Below are positions 1 to 10,703 of a DNA stretch of 64,000 nt, piece after piece; the first letter of the stretch is position 1; the number at the start of each line of letters is the position of its first letter. Under the pieces are notes generated by a model that was not told the DNA's origin, made no database searches, and worked only from the letters and a program-made list of their open reading frames with translations. The position numbers and the translations under genes were made by a program. This DNA is from Lachnospiraceae bacterium (GTDB lineage: Bacteria; Bacillota; Clostridia; Lachnospirales; Lachnospiraceae). Where the stretch lies: the NCBI GenBank assembly GCA_017469935.1, contig JAFUFL010000022.1, positions 104,197 to 168,196 of the forward strand, in the 5' to 3' direction.

Positions 1-158
1 AATGACCCCGAAAAGGTCTTAGTACCTGCGCGGACGCGCGGTAAAATGACCCGGAAAAGCTCTGCGTGCCGACGCGGAAGCGGACATAAGTGCCTGCATC
101 GGAACCGGATGCGGGCGGGAAAGTATTTTATATTGACGATTGATCAGAGGGCAATATT

Positions 159-2549
159 TTGGCTACAAAACTTTCTACTAAGAAACAGTCCGGCATTTTT
201 CAATACATAATGTTGTTTATGGGAGGAGCGCTGCTATACCTGGCAGCGGTCCTTCCATTTTTGATATATCACGGGGGCATTTTCTTCTATTACGGGGATT
301 ATAACGTCCAGCAGGTACCCTTTTACATTCTGGCCCACAGGGCAGTGAGAGAGGGACGCTTTTTCTGGAACCCCTATATCGACCTTGGCAGCAGTATGGG
401 AGGAAGCCTTTCCTTCTATCTGTGGGGAAGTCCTTTCTTCTGGATGACGATTCCGTTCGAGGAGAGGCTGATTCCTTACCTGCTTCCCTTTATCATGTCT
501 CTCAGGTACGGGACTGCGGTCGTAACTTCTTATGCGTGGATCTCCAGGCAGGTGCGCAGTAATTTCTGGGCCGTGATCGGAAGCTTTCTCTACGCTTTCT
601 CCGGTTTCCAGGCCTGCAACATCGTGTTCCAGCATTTCCACGATGCGACGGCTTTCTTCCCTCTGTACCTGCTCGCTTTCGACAGGGCCGTGCAAAAGCA
701 CAAGACGACCGGCTTTACGCTGATGACCGCCCTGATGTCCATCATCAACTACTACTTCTTTTTCGGCCAGGTCGTTTTCATTCTGATCTACTACGTTGTC
801 AGGTACTGTCCATCCAGAGAACCGCGCAAAATAGCAAATGAAGTATTTCATCTGCTCGCAAGCGGTATTGCGGGACTTCTTCTGGCTTCGTTTTTCCTCG
901 TGCAGTCCATATCGGGCATCTCCGGCAACAGCCGGCTGGACGACTATATAAACGGATACGGCCTGTTCGCTTATGAAGAGGGGACGACGCCTCTCGCCAT
1001 CATAAAGGCCATGTTCATGGTCCCCGATATCATAGCCAAGCCGACGCTCTTTTCCTCGGAGCAGATCAAGAACGGATCCCTTGCCGTCTATCTGCCCTGC
1101 TTTTCCATGGCCGGTGTGATCGCCTACTGCAGAATTTTCGGAAAATCCTGGAAAAGGCGCATGGTCTTTGTGTGCGGCGTGATGGCCTTTGTGCCGCTCT
1201 TTAACTCTGTCTTCAGCGCATTTAACGCAAGCTATTACGCGAGATGGTTCTATATGCCGATCCTGGTCATGGCCGCCATGACCGCGCGAGTTCTGGAAAC
1301 CGGGGAAAAGGCAGAACTGAGGAATGCCGCGCAGATCACCGCACTGATCACCGTCTTTCTGATCCTGTGCGCCTTTGTGCCCACGCTGCATAAAGGAAAA
1401 CTTCAGTGGATGTCGATCTGCAGCAATATGGATCTTCTCATCATCGAGATCGCGGCCACGACGGTGCAGCTTCTGATCCTCATGATCCTGCTTCTGGTAC
1501 TGCCCGGAATTTCGACACTGTACAGGTATAAAAAGGCGATTTTTATGGTTGCCACGATCCTGTGCTGCTTTGTGACCAATGTCGCCGTCCTGTACAACGG
1601 AAATTCTCTGATCGCAAGGACCGGAGGCGTTAAATGGAAAAAACAGATGCTGGAGACAAGGCCGCAGCTGCGGGATACTTCGACGTTCTTCCGGGTGGAG
1701 ACCGACGGCACATCGACGAACTATGAGATGGTGTGGGGCTATCCCACGATTCACTGCTTTGAGAGCACGGTCAATCCGTCCATATTTACGTTCTACAGAA
1801 AGATCGGCATGATCAGGACCGTGGAGTCCACGCTCCCGGTCGACAGGATCGGGGCCAGGGCGCTTCTCTCAACCCGCTATTACATTGAAAACTCCCTCGT
1901 AAAACCCGCGGAGACGATTGAAGACAAGGGAGGGCTCATCGGATACGAACAGGGCGAGTCCAACAGCGGATACAGGATCTTCGAGAACAGCAATTACATT
2001 CCCATGGGATTTACTTTCGACAGCTATATCCGGGATGAGGACTACAGCGACATGAAGAAAGGGGAGATGACGGACCGGCTTCTGGTTAAGGACATCATTC
2101 TCACGCAGGAGCAGTGCGCCAAGTACGGCAAGTACATGCAGGAAGACGATCACGCAAGTGAAGAAATCATGAGCGAGGAAGATTTTGCCAGACACTGCCG
2201 CAACAGGGCTGCCGGCGCCTGCAGAGAGTTTGAATTTACGACCAGCGGCTTCCGGGCGGTGTCGGACAACGACAAAGAAAACCTGGTATTCTTCTCGGTG
2301 CCTTATGATCCCGGTTTTACGGCTTACGTGGACGGAACAGAGGTCACGATCGAAAAGGTAGACGGAGGCCTGATGGCGATCCCGGTACCGGCGGGCGAGC
2401 ATAACATCGAGTTCATTTATTATCCGGCGGGCCTGAACTACTGCCTGGTCATTTCGGGTATAACCGGGGCCTTTATCCTGATCCGCCTGATCCTCGGCTG
2501 TGTCCGTTCCACAAAAACAAATGTCCTTGCAATAAAGAAAAAAGCGTGA
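159..2549 (+). CDS. YfhO-family polytopic membrane protein (glycosyltransferase-like)
   Basis: 796-aa ORF with many hydrophobic helices across the first ~500 aa (e.g. IFQYIMLFMGGALLYLAAVLPFLIY), a soluble C-terminal domain and a final TM anchor. The N-terminal block YYGDYNVQQVPFY is typical of the YfhO family. TTG start at 159 follows GAGGG; in-frame ATG at 210 is an alternative start. Confidence 0.7.
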   Translation: MATKLSTKKQSGIFQYIMLFMGGALLYLAAVLPFLIYHGGIFFYYGDYNVQQVPFYILAHRAVREGRFFWNPYIDLGSSMGGSLSFYLWGSPFFWMTIPFEERLIPYLLPFIMSLRYGTAVVTSYAWISRQVRSNFWAVIGSFLYAFSGFQACNIVFQHFHDATAFFPLYLLAFDRAVQKHKTTGFTLMTALMSIINYYFFFGQVVFILIYYVVRYCPSREPRKIANEVFHLLASGIAGLLLASFFLVQSISGISGNSRLDDYINGYGLFAYEEGTTPLAIIKAMFMVPDIIAKPTLFSSEQIKNGSLAVYLPCFSMAGVIAYCRIFGKSWKRRMVFVCGVMAFVPLFNSVFSAFNASYYARWFYMPILVMAAMTARVLETGEKAELRNAAQITALITVFLILCAFVPTLHKGKLQWMSICSNMDLLIIEIAATTVQLLILMILLLVLPGISTLYRYKKAIFMVATILCCFVTNVAVLYNGNSLIARTGGVKWKKQMLETRPQLRDTSTFFRVETDGTSTNYEMVWGYPTIHCFESTVNPSIFTFYRKIGMIRTVESTLPVDRIGARALLSTRYYIENSLVKPAETIEDKGGLIGYEQGESNSGYRIFENSNYIPMGFTFDSYIRDEDYSDMKKGEMTDRLLVKDIILTQEQCAKYGKYMQEDDHASEEIMSEEDFARHCRNRAAGACREFEFTTSGFRAVSDNDKENLVFFSVPYDPGFTAYVDGTEVTIEKVDGGLMAIPVPAGEHNIEFIYYPAGLNYCLVISGITGAFILIRLILGCVRSTKTNVLAIKKKA

Positions 2550-2578
2550 TAGTATATTTTTCGTCGGTTTTATATTGC

Positions 2579-2644
2579 AATTTCGTTTATTGATATCATT
2601 TATTGATTTCGTTTGTTGATTTCGTTTATTAATTTCGTTAATAA
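2579..2644 (+). repeat. Five tandem ~13-bp AT-rich direct repeats (consensus ATTTCGTTTATTG) directly upstream of the HTH-ACT gene
   Basis: Read directly: aatttcgtttattg / atatcatttattg / atttcgtttgttg / atttcgtttatta / atttcgttaataa. The array ends 1 nt before the AGGAG ribosome-binding site of the 2657 gene. Confidence 0.75.
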
Positions 2645-2656
2645 AGGAGTTGAACT

Positions 2657-3109
2657 TTGAGCGAAAACACTGAGTTTTACATTGTGCGGGCCAGGGCCGT
2701 TCCCGAAGTACTCAGGGGCGTAGCCAAAGCCAACCAGCTTCTTGCGTCCGGAAAAGTGAGGACGGTCAACGAAGCGGCCGAGCTGGCCGGGATCAGCCGG
2801 AGTTCTTACTATAAATTTAAAAATGATATAGAAGAATTCCATGACAGCATGTCGGGGATGAACATCACCGTATTTTGCGAGATCACCGACGAGACGGGGA
2901 TCCTGGCAAACCTTCTGGGGATCATATCGGGCTGCAAGGCCAATATTTTGACGATCCATCAGAGTATTCCCATAAACGGCGTGGCGGACCTCAGCATCAG
3001 TCTCCAGATCAGGGACAACACGGAGGACATCAGCCTGATGGTCCGTAAGATGGAGGCTTTGGACGGCGTCGGAAAGATCAGGATCATGGGAAGGGACAAA
3101 ACATGGTAG
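2657..3109 (+). CDS. UPF0735-type protein: N-terminal HTH-like segment plus C-terminal ACT domain
   Basis: 150 aa; TTG start 7 nt after AGGAG. The N-terminus VRTVNEAAELAGISRSSYYKFKNDI looks like a helix-turn-helix. The C-terminal ~75 aa (ITVFCEITDETGILANLLGIISGCKANILTIHQ) has the ACT fold pattern. The position immediately upstream of hom is a common Firmicute arrangement. Confidence 0.75.
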   Translation: MSENTEFYIVRARAVPEVLRGVAKANQLLASGKVRTVNEAAELAGISRSSYYKFKNDIEEFHDSMSGMNITVFCEITDETGILANLLGIISGCKANILTIHQSIPINGVADLSISLQIRDNTEDISLMVRKMEALDGVGKIRIMGRDKTW

Positions 3110-3176
3110 TGCGGGCAGGGCGCCTTACAGAGGCGGTCCCCCGGTCAAAGAAATAACGTAAAAGGAGATTTCAGTT

Positions 3177-4394
3177 ATGATACAGATGGCAGTTCTCGGA
3201 TTCGGCACAGTCGGCGGCGGTGTTGTAGAGCTCATTGACCGCAACCAGGAAGTGATCAGAAAGACCGTTCCGCAGGGAATCCATGTGAAGTATATCCTTG
3301 ACCTTCGCGATTTTCCCGACAGCCCCTATAATGACAGGGTCACGCACGACTACCGGGATATTCTTGACGACGGAGAGATTGCCGTGATCTGTGAGACCAT
3401 GGGCGGCAAGGAGCCGGCCTATACCTTTACCAGAAAAGCACTGGAGCGCGGCATCAGCGTCTGCACCTCCAACAAAGAACTGGTTGCGGCGCACGGCCCC
3501 GAGCTCTTACGGATTGCGAAGGAAAATAACTGCAGCTATCTCTTTGAGGCCAGCGTAGGAGGCGGCATTCCGCTGATCCGTCCCATCAACGCCTGTCTGA
3601 CGCAGGAGGACATCACGGAAGTGTTCGGTATCCTGAACGGCACTACCAACTATATCCTGACCAGGATGGAGAAAAACGGCCTGAGCTTCGAGGAGGCGCT
3701 GGGAGAAGCCCAGCAGAAGGGCTATGCGGAGAGAAATCCCGAGGCGGACGTCGAAGGACATGACGCCTGCCGCAAGATCGCGATCCTTTCCTCCCTGGTC
3801 AGCGGGAAGACCGTCCGCTACGAGGACATCCCCTGCGAGGGGATCTCCCGCATTACGACGGCGGATTTCGGCTATGCACGCGCTATGAAAATGGCAATCA
3901 AGCTTCTGGGCGTCAGCAGAAAGTCCGAGGACGGGAGCCTGAGCGTGCGCACCGCGCCTTTCCTTGTCAGGGAAGATCACCCGCTGCACAGCGTGCAGGG
4001 CGTCTTCAACGGCGTCTTCGTCCACGGCAATATGGTAGACGACCTGATGTTTTACGGCCGCGGAGCTGGCAAGTTCCCCACGGCGAGCGCAGTGGTCTCC
4101 GACGTGATGGAGTGCGCGAAGAATATCGGAAGAAATGTAAGCTTCAACTGGAGCGATGAGATCATGGCGCTGTCGGATAAGGCGGAAGATGCCTATCGCT
4201 ATTTTGTCCGCGTGGACGACTCCGAGGCCGCGGTGGCCGCCTATACCTTTAAGGCGGAGAACAAGGTGCGCTTTGACGGAGCGCCGGATGGAGAGAGCGC
4301 TTTTGTAACCGCGTCCATGACGGAAAAAGAGTTCGCGGAAACTGCAAAATCGTTTAAAACCATAAAACAGTGCATACGTCTCTTGCAGGATTAA
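3177..4394 (+). CDS. hom: Homoserine dehydrogenase
   Basis: 405 aa. N-terminal Rossmann motif LGFGTVGGGV, catalytic-domain block NGTTNYILTRM, EAQQKGYAERNPEADVEGHDA, and a C-terminal ACT-like tail. RBS AAAGGAG. Confidence 0.9.
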   Translation: MIQMAVLGFGTVGGGVVELIDRNQEVIRKTVPQGIHVKYILDLRDFPDSPYNDRVTHDYRDILDDGEIAVICETMGGKEPAYTFTRKALERGISVCTSNKELVAAHGPELLRIAKENNCSYLFEASVGGGIPLIRPINACLTQEDITEVFGILNGTTNYILTRMEKNGLSFEEALGEAQQKGYAERNPEADVEGHDACRKIAILSSLVSGKTVRYEDIPCEGISRITTADFGYARAMKMAIKLLGVSRKSEDGSLSVRTAPFLVREDHPLHSVQGVFNGVFVHGNMVDDLMFYGRGAGKFPTASAVVSDVMECAKNIGRNVSFNWSDEIMALSDKAEDAYRYFVRVDDSEAAVAAYTFKAENKVRFDGAPDGESAFVTASMTEKEFAETAKSFKTIKQCIRLLQD

Positions 4395-4427
4395 ACAAAT
4401 TCTGGTATTACATAAGAGTTGCGGCAT

Positions 4428-4448
4428 AAAGCCCGCTTTTCGGGCTTT
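4428..4448 (+). terminator. Weak hairpin after hom (aaagcccg-ctttt-cgggcttt)
   Basis: 8-bp stem with a 5-nt loop, 34 nt after the hom stop. The only U-run is the 3' arm itself, so this is a weak terminator or attenuator. Confidence 0.35.
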
Positions 4449-4459
4449 ACACATACACA

Positions 4460-4514
4460 GGTCCGGCAGGCCGCATCCGCGCGGACCGAATCAGATGAGG
4501 AGGATACGCCTGCC
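4460..4514 (+). promoter_or_regulatory. Possible structured leader upstream of aspartokinase (interleaved or alternative helices)
   Basis: GGTCCG (4460-4465) pairs with CGGACC (4482-4487). GGCAGGC (4465-4471) pairs with GCCTGCC (4508-4514). An unused SD-like GAGGAGGA sits between them. Confidence 0.3.
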
Positions 4515-4537
4515 AAAATAGTGCAGGGAATCGGATT

Positions 4538-5860
4538 ATGAAAAAGGTAGTCAAATTCGGCGGAAGTTCGCTGGCGGATTCCGAGCAGTTCAAGAAAGTC
4601 GGTGAGATCATTAAGAGTGATCCGTCCAGAGTATACGTCATCCCGTCCGCACCCGGAAAACGATTCAGCGGGGACGACAAAGTGACCGACCTGCTTTACA
4701 GGATGCATTATAAAGCCTCTAAGGACGAGGATTTCGGGGAAGAGCTGGACAGGATCAAAGAGCGCTACAACGAGATCATAAACGGTCTTGGCCTGGAGGG
4801 ATTCAGCCTGGAGGGCGAGTTTGCCCAGATCGAGCGGAAAATGCACCAGGGTCCCGACAGCAACTACGCGGCTTCGAGAGGCGAATATCTCAACGGCCGC
4901 ATCATGGCGCGCTACCTCGGTTACGAGTTTATAGACGCCAAGGATGTGATCTTCTTCGATGAGCACGGAAACCTGGACGCCGAGAAGACCAACGAGGTCC
5001 TTTCGGAGCGCCTTGCGAAGACTCCCAGGGCAGTCATTCCCGGCTTCTACGGCAGGGGTTTCAACGGCCATGTGAAGACTTTCTCCAGAGGCGGAAGCGA
5101 CATCACCGGGTCCATTGTCGCCCGGGCCTGCAAGTCAGATGTCTATGAAAACTGGACGGACGTCTCGGGCTTTATGGTGGCGGACCCCAGGATCATCAAT
5201 AATCCCGTCGGTATAGAGACCATTACCTACAGGGAGCTCAGGGAGCTCTCCTACATGGGCGCTTCCGTACTTCACGAAGACGCCATTTTCCCGGTAAGAC
5301 ATGAGGGAATCCCGATCAACATCCGCAACACCAACCGTCCCGATGACGACGGCACGTGGATCGTGGAGAGCACCTGCCAGAAATCCGGCTATGTGATCAC
5401 CGGTATTGCCGGAAAGAAGGGCTTTTGCGCGGTACTGATCAACAAGGCTCTCATGAACTCCGAGGTGGGCTTTGGCCGCAAGGTCCTGCAGGCCTTTGAA
5501 GAGAGCGGAATCTCCTTCGAGCACATGCCTTCCGGCATCGACACGATGACCGTCGTCGTGCACGAGGACGAGTTCAAGCACAAGGAGCAGAGAGTCGTCT
5601 CCGCCATCCACAGATACGCCCAGCCCGATTCCATCGAGATCGAGTCCGACCTGGCTCTGATCGCGGTCGTGGGAAGAGGCATGAAGTCCATGCGCGGCAC
5701 GGCGGGCAGGATCTTCTCCGCTCTGGCCCACGCGCAGGTCAACGTCAGGATGATCGACCAGGGCTCGAGCGAGCTCAACATCATCATCGGAGTCAACAAC
5801 GAGGACTTCGAGGCGGCGGTAAGGGCGATCTACGATATTTTTGTAAAAACAAGGATCTGA
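4538..5860 (+). CDS. Aspartate kinase (monofunctional, with C-terminal ACT domains)
   Basis: 440 aa. N-terminus VVKFGGSSLADSEQFKKV is the amino-acid kinase signature, followed by GGSDITGSIVA and C-terminal ACT repeats (LIAVVGRGMKSMRGTAGRIFSALAHAQVNVRMIDQGSSELNI). Confidence 0.9.
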   Translation: MKKVVKFGGSSLADSEQFKKVGEIIKSDPSRVYVIPSAPGKRFSGDDKVTDLLYRMHYKASKDEDFGEELDRIKERYNEIINGLGLEGFSLEGEFAQIERKMHQGPDSNYAASRGEYLNGRIMARYLGYEFIDAKDVIFFDEHGNLDAEKTNEVLSERLAKTPRAVIPGFYGRGFNGHVKTFSRGGSDITGSIVARACKSDVYENWTDVSGFMVADPRIINNPVGIETITYRELRELSYMGASVLHEDAIFPVRHEGIPINIRNTNRPDDDGTWIVESTCQKSGYVITGIAGKKGFCAVLINKALMNSEVGFGRKVLQAFEESGISFEHMPSGIDTMTVVVHEDEFKHKEQRVVSAIHRYAQPDSIEIESDLALIAVVGRGMKSMRGTAGRIFSALAHAQVNVRMIDQGSSELNIIIGVNNEDFEAAVRAIYDIFVKTRI

Positions 5861-5933
5861 TTCCGGTACGGCGGACCGTTTTTTCGCAGGCCGGGCAATA
5901 TACAAACACACATAAAGGAAGTCTTTTTTCAAC

Positions 5934-5960
5934 TTGCATTCTCAAATGTTCTGATATAAT
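5934..5960 (+). promoter_or_regulatory. Putative sigma-A promoter with extended -10 (TTGCAT ... TGaTATAAT)
   Basis: TTGCAT at 5934-5939 and TGATATAAT at 5952-5960. The spacer is only 15 nt, so the extended -10 would have to compensate. It lies 27 nt upstream of the 5987 ORF. Confidence 0.4.
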
Positions 5961-5986
5961 ATGTTAGAAATAATCTGAAAGCAGAA

Positions 5987-8012
<2,026 letters not shown>

Positions 8013-8088
8013 TCCCTTAATTTATCAGGAAAACCTTCAGATCCGGAGCGGATCCGGAAATAAATGACAACATGATTTAGGAGCAGTT

Positions 8089-9798
8089 ATGGGTAAAGAA
8101 CTGGACAAAGAACTGAAAATTGAAGAGGCACCCGTTTCCGAAGAGGAAAAGGTGAGCCGCCATTTTATAGAGAAAGAAATCGACAAGGACCTGGCCGAGG
8201 GCGTGTATGACACCGTTCATACCCGCTTTCCCCCGGAGCCCAACGGCTATCTGCATATCGGACACGCCAAGAGCATACTCCTGAACTACGGTATGGCGCA
8301 GAAGTACGGCGGCAAATTCAACCTCCGCTTCGATGACACCAATCCCACAAAGGAGAAGAGCGAATTTGTGGAGTCCATCAAAGAGGACGTCGCATGGCTC
8401 GGAGCCGATTACGAGGACAGGCTCTTTTTTGCCTCCAATTACTTCGATCAGATGTACGAGATCGCGGTGGAACTGATCAAAAAAGGGAAGGCCTATGTGT
8501 CTGACCTGACAGCGGAGCAGATGAGGGAGTACCGCGGAACTCTTGAAGAGCCCGGCATCAACGATCCCAACAGGGAGAGAAGCTTTGAGGAGAACCTCGA
8601 TCTCTTCACCAGAATGAAGAACGGCGAGTTCGCGGACGGAGAGAAGACCCTGCGCGCCAAGATCGACATGGCCAGCTCCAATATGAATATGAGAGATCCG
8701 ATCCTCTACAGAGTGGCGCACATGTCCCATCACAATACGGGCGACAAGTGGTGCATCTATCCCATGTACGACTATGCGCACCCCATCGAGGACGCCATCG
8801 AGCACATCACGCACTCGCTGTGCACGCTGGAATTTGAGGATCACCGCCCGCTCTACGACTGGGTCGTAAGAGAGGCCGGCTTCGTTCATCCTCCCAGGCA
8901 GATCGAGTTTGCCAAGATGTACCTGACCAATGTGGTCACCGGCAAGAGATATATCAAGAAACTGGTCGAGCAGGGCATCGTGGACGGCTGGGATGACCCC
9001 AGGCTGGTCAGCATCTCCGGCCTTCGCCGCAGAGGATTTACCCCTGCGTCCATTAAGCGATTTGTGGAACTGAGCGGTATCTCCAAGGCGCAGTCCTCCT
9101 CGGATTACGCCATGCTGGAATACTGCATCCGCGAGGATCTCAAGCCCAGCTGCAGCAGAATGCTCACGGTTCTGGATCCGCTCAAGCTGATCATCGACAA
9201 CTATCCCGAGGATCAGATCGAGATGCTCGACGCCGACAACAACCTCGAGAATCCGGATCTGGGCAAGAGACAGATTCCCTTCGGCCGCGAGCTCTGGATC
9301 GAGAGGGAGGACTTCCTCACAGCGCCGATCCCCAAGTACAAGAGACTCTATCCCGGCAACGAAGTCAGGCTCATGTACGCCTATTTCGTAAAGTGCGTCG
9401 GATACGACACCGATGAGAACGGCAATGTCACCGCCGTACACTGCACTTATGATCCCGAGACAAAGAGCGGAAGCGGCTTTACCGGCCGCAAGGTCAAGGG
9501 AACTATCCACTGGGTCAGCGCGAAAGAAGCGGTTCCGGTCAAGGTCAGACTCTACGAGAACATCGTGGACGAGGAGAAGGGCGTCTACAATGAGGACGGA
9601 TCCCTCAACCTCAATCCCAATTCTCTCACGGAGTGCAGCGCCTATGCGGAGCCCGCTCTGAAGGACGTAAAGCCTTTCGAGAGATTCCAGTTCGTCAGAA
9701 ACGGATATTTCTGTGTGGACTGCCATGACTCCAAGGAGGGAGCGCCTGTATTCAACAGGATTGTCGGACTTAAGAGTTCCTTTAAGCTGCCGTCCTGA
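8089..9798 (+). CDS. glnS: Glutamine--tRNA ligase
   Basis: 569 aa. Class I HIGH motif ([14 protein letters not shown]), [10 protein letters not shown], a KMSKS-equivalent region ([10 protein letters not shown]), and a GlnRS-type C-terminal anticodon-binding beta-barrels region. Confidence 0.93.
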   Translation: MGKELDKELKIEEAPVSEEEKVSRHFIEKEIDKDLAEGVYDTVHTRFPPEPNGYLHIGHAKSILLNYGMAQKYGGKFNLRFDDTNPTKEKSEFVESIKEDVAWLGADYEDRLFFASNYFDQMYEIAVELIKKGKAYVSDLTAEQMREYRGTLEEPGINDPNRERSFEENLDLFTRMKNGEFADGEKTLRAKIDMASSNMNMRDPILYRVAHMSHHNTGDKWCIYPMYDYAHPIEDAIEHITHSLCTLEFEDHRPLYDWVVREAGFVHPPRQIEFAKMYLTNVVTGKRYIKKLVEQGIVDGWDDPRLVSISGLRRRGFTPASIKRFVELSGISKAQSSSDYAMLEYCIREDLKPSCSRMLTVLDPLKLIIDNYPEDQIEMLDADNNLENPDLGKRQIPFGRELWIEREDFLTAPIPKYKRLYPGNEVRLMYAYFVKCVGYDTDENGNVTAVHCTYDPETKSGSGFTGRKVKGTIHWVSAKEAVPVKVRLYENIVDEEKGVYNEDGSLNLNPNSLTECSAYAEPALKDVKPFERFQFVRNGYFCVDCHDSKEGAPVFNRIVGLKSSFKLPS

Positions 9799-9838
9799 GG
9801 CAGGAGTTTTACTTCAAAGTAATCGATTAGAAAAAAAG

Positions 9839-9873
9839 ATCCCTCGCAGTACATTTTCGGTACTGCGAGGGAT
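9839..9873. terminator. Bidirectional intrinsic terminator between convergent glnS and the TetR gene
   Basis: Perfect 14-bp stem atccctcgcagtac / gtactgcgagggat with a 7-nt loop. It is flanked by aaaaaaag upstream and tttttgtt downstream. Confidence 0.8.
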
Positions 9874-9919
9874 TTTTGTTGTCTGTTCAGTGTCTGCTTA
9901 CTATCTGTTCTGTTTCTGT

Positions 9920-10540
9920 TCAGTAATTTTTTGCCAGCAGGTTTATGTATTCCGTCACACCTGCGACATATTTCTCGGCGGATAAGCTCCCCCTTCTTAA
10001 GAGGGAAGAGATTGTATCGATTTCACTAAGGTGAATAAGCCTGCGGATCAGGCCCGCCTCCTCCTGCGTCATCCCGTCCGGCAGAACGGCGTCCGCAAAA
10101 AGCTCTTCAAGGCGATCCGTGTAGAGGGAAAGATTGGAGAGCGCCTCCTCGCGGACTTCGGAGGATTCATCCGCGGCCGCCATTTCCATAAACAGGAAAA
10201 GATAAGGATACTGCCGCATGACTCTCGCCTGTGCACGGACGATCGCCCGGTGCAGTTCGAAGAAGGGGAGCGCCTGCGCTTTCCGAATTTCCGAGCCAAG
10301 CTCCACAAGAGCGAACCTTGCGCTGTACTCCGTGAGGAACTCGTAGAGCCCTGTCTTGCTGTAAAAATAGTGAAAGAGAAGTCCCTTGCTGACAGAGGCT
10401 TCGGCGACGATCTCATCGGTACTCGCGCGGCGAAATCCGCTCCCTGCAAACACTTTCAGGGAGCCGTTTATCATATTGTCCTGTTTGGCTTTCTTCAAAT
10501 CCCAGAATTTTTCATTCACGTTCGTGCCCTCCGCTTTCAT
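9920..10540 (-). CDS. TetR/AcrR-family transcriptional regulator
   Basis: N-terminal HTH INGSLKVFAGSGFRRASTDEIVAEASVSKGLLFHYFYSKTGLY is classic TetR_N. I prefer the ATG at 10540 (206 aa) over the TTG at 10606 given in the ORF track. Confidence 0.8.
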   Translation of the reverse strand: MKAEGTNVNEKFWDLKKAKQDNMINGSLKVFAGSGFRRASTDEIVAEASVSKGLLFHYFYSKTGLYEFLTEYSARFALVELGSEIRKAQALPFFELHRAIVRAQARVMRQYPYLFLFMEMAAADESSEVREEALSNLSLYTDRLEELFADAVLPDGMTQEEAGLIRRLIHLSEIDTISSLLRRGSLSAEKYVAGVTEYINLLAKNY

Positions 10541-10633
10541 GATAGCATCCGGCGGCCTCTTCTTCAAGAAATCGCATGAACCGCGGCTGATTTTGTCCGA
10601 ATCCAATCGGCAATTTCCACTTTCAATTTATAA

Positions 10634-10653
10634 ATAAATAGAGTACTATTTAT
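10634..10653. promoter_or_regulatory. Inverted repeat ATAAATAG-agta-CTATTTAT in the TetR / 10704 divergent intergenic region (candidate operator)
   Basis: 8-bp perfect inverted repeat with a 4-bp spacer, read directly. The location between divergent genes is typical for TetR operators. Confidence 0.4.
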
Positions 10654-10703
10654 GTAATACGGAGGGCATAAAATGCCCAATAAACGATCAATAGGAGGTA
10701 TTT

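Noticed and set aside
2579-2644. Considered whether the tandem repeats are a CRISPR array.
   Set aside because: The units are 13 bp, directly abutting with no spacers, and AT-rich with no palindromic core. No cas genes are nearby.
4395-4537. Lysine (L-box) riboswitch upstream of aspartokinase.
   Set aside because: The region is only about 140 nt and I cannot find the conserved L-box helices or motifs. It is kept only as an unclassified structured leader.
8013-8088. Looked for T-box leaders upstream of glnS and of gltX (51956-52010).
   Set aside because: The intergenic regions are only about 55-75 nt, far too short for a T-box. No specifier or T-box sequence is seen.
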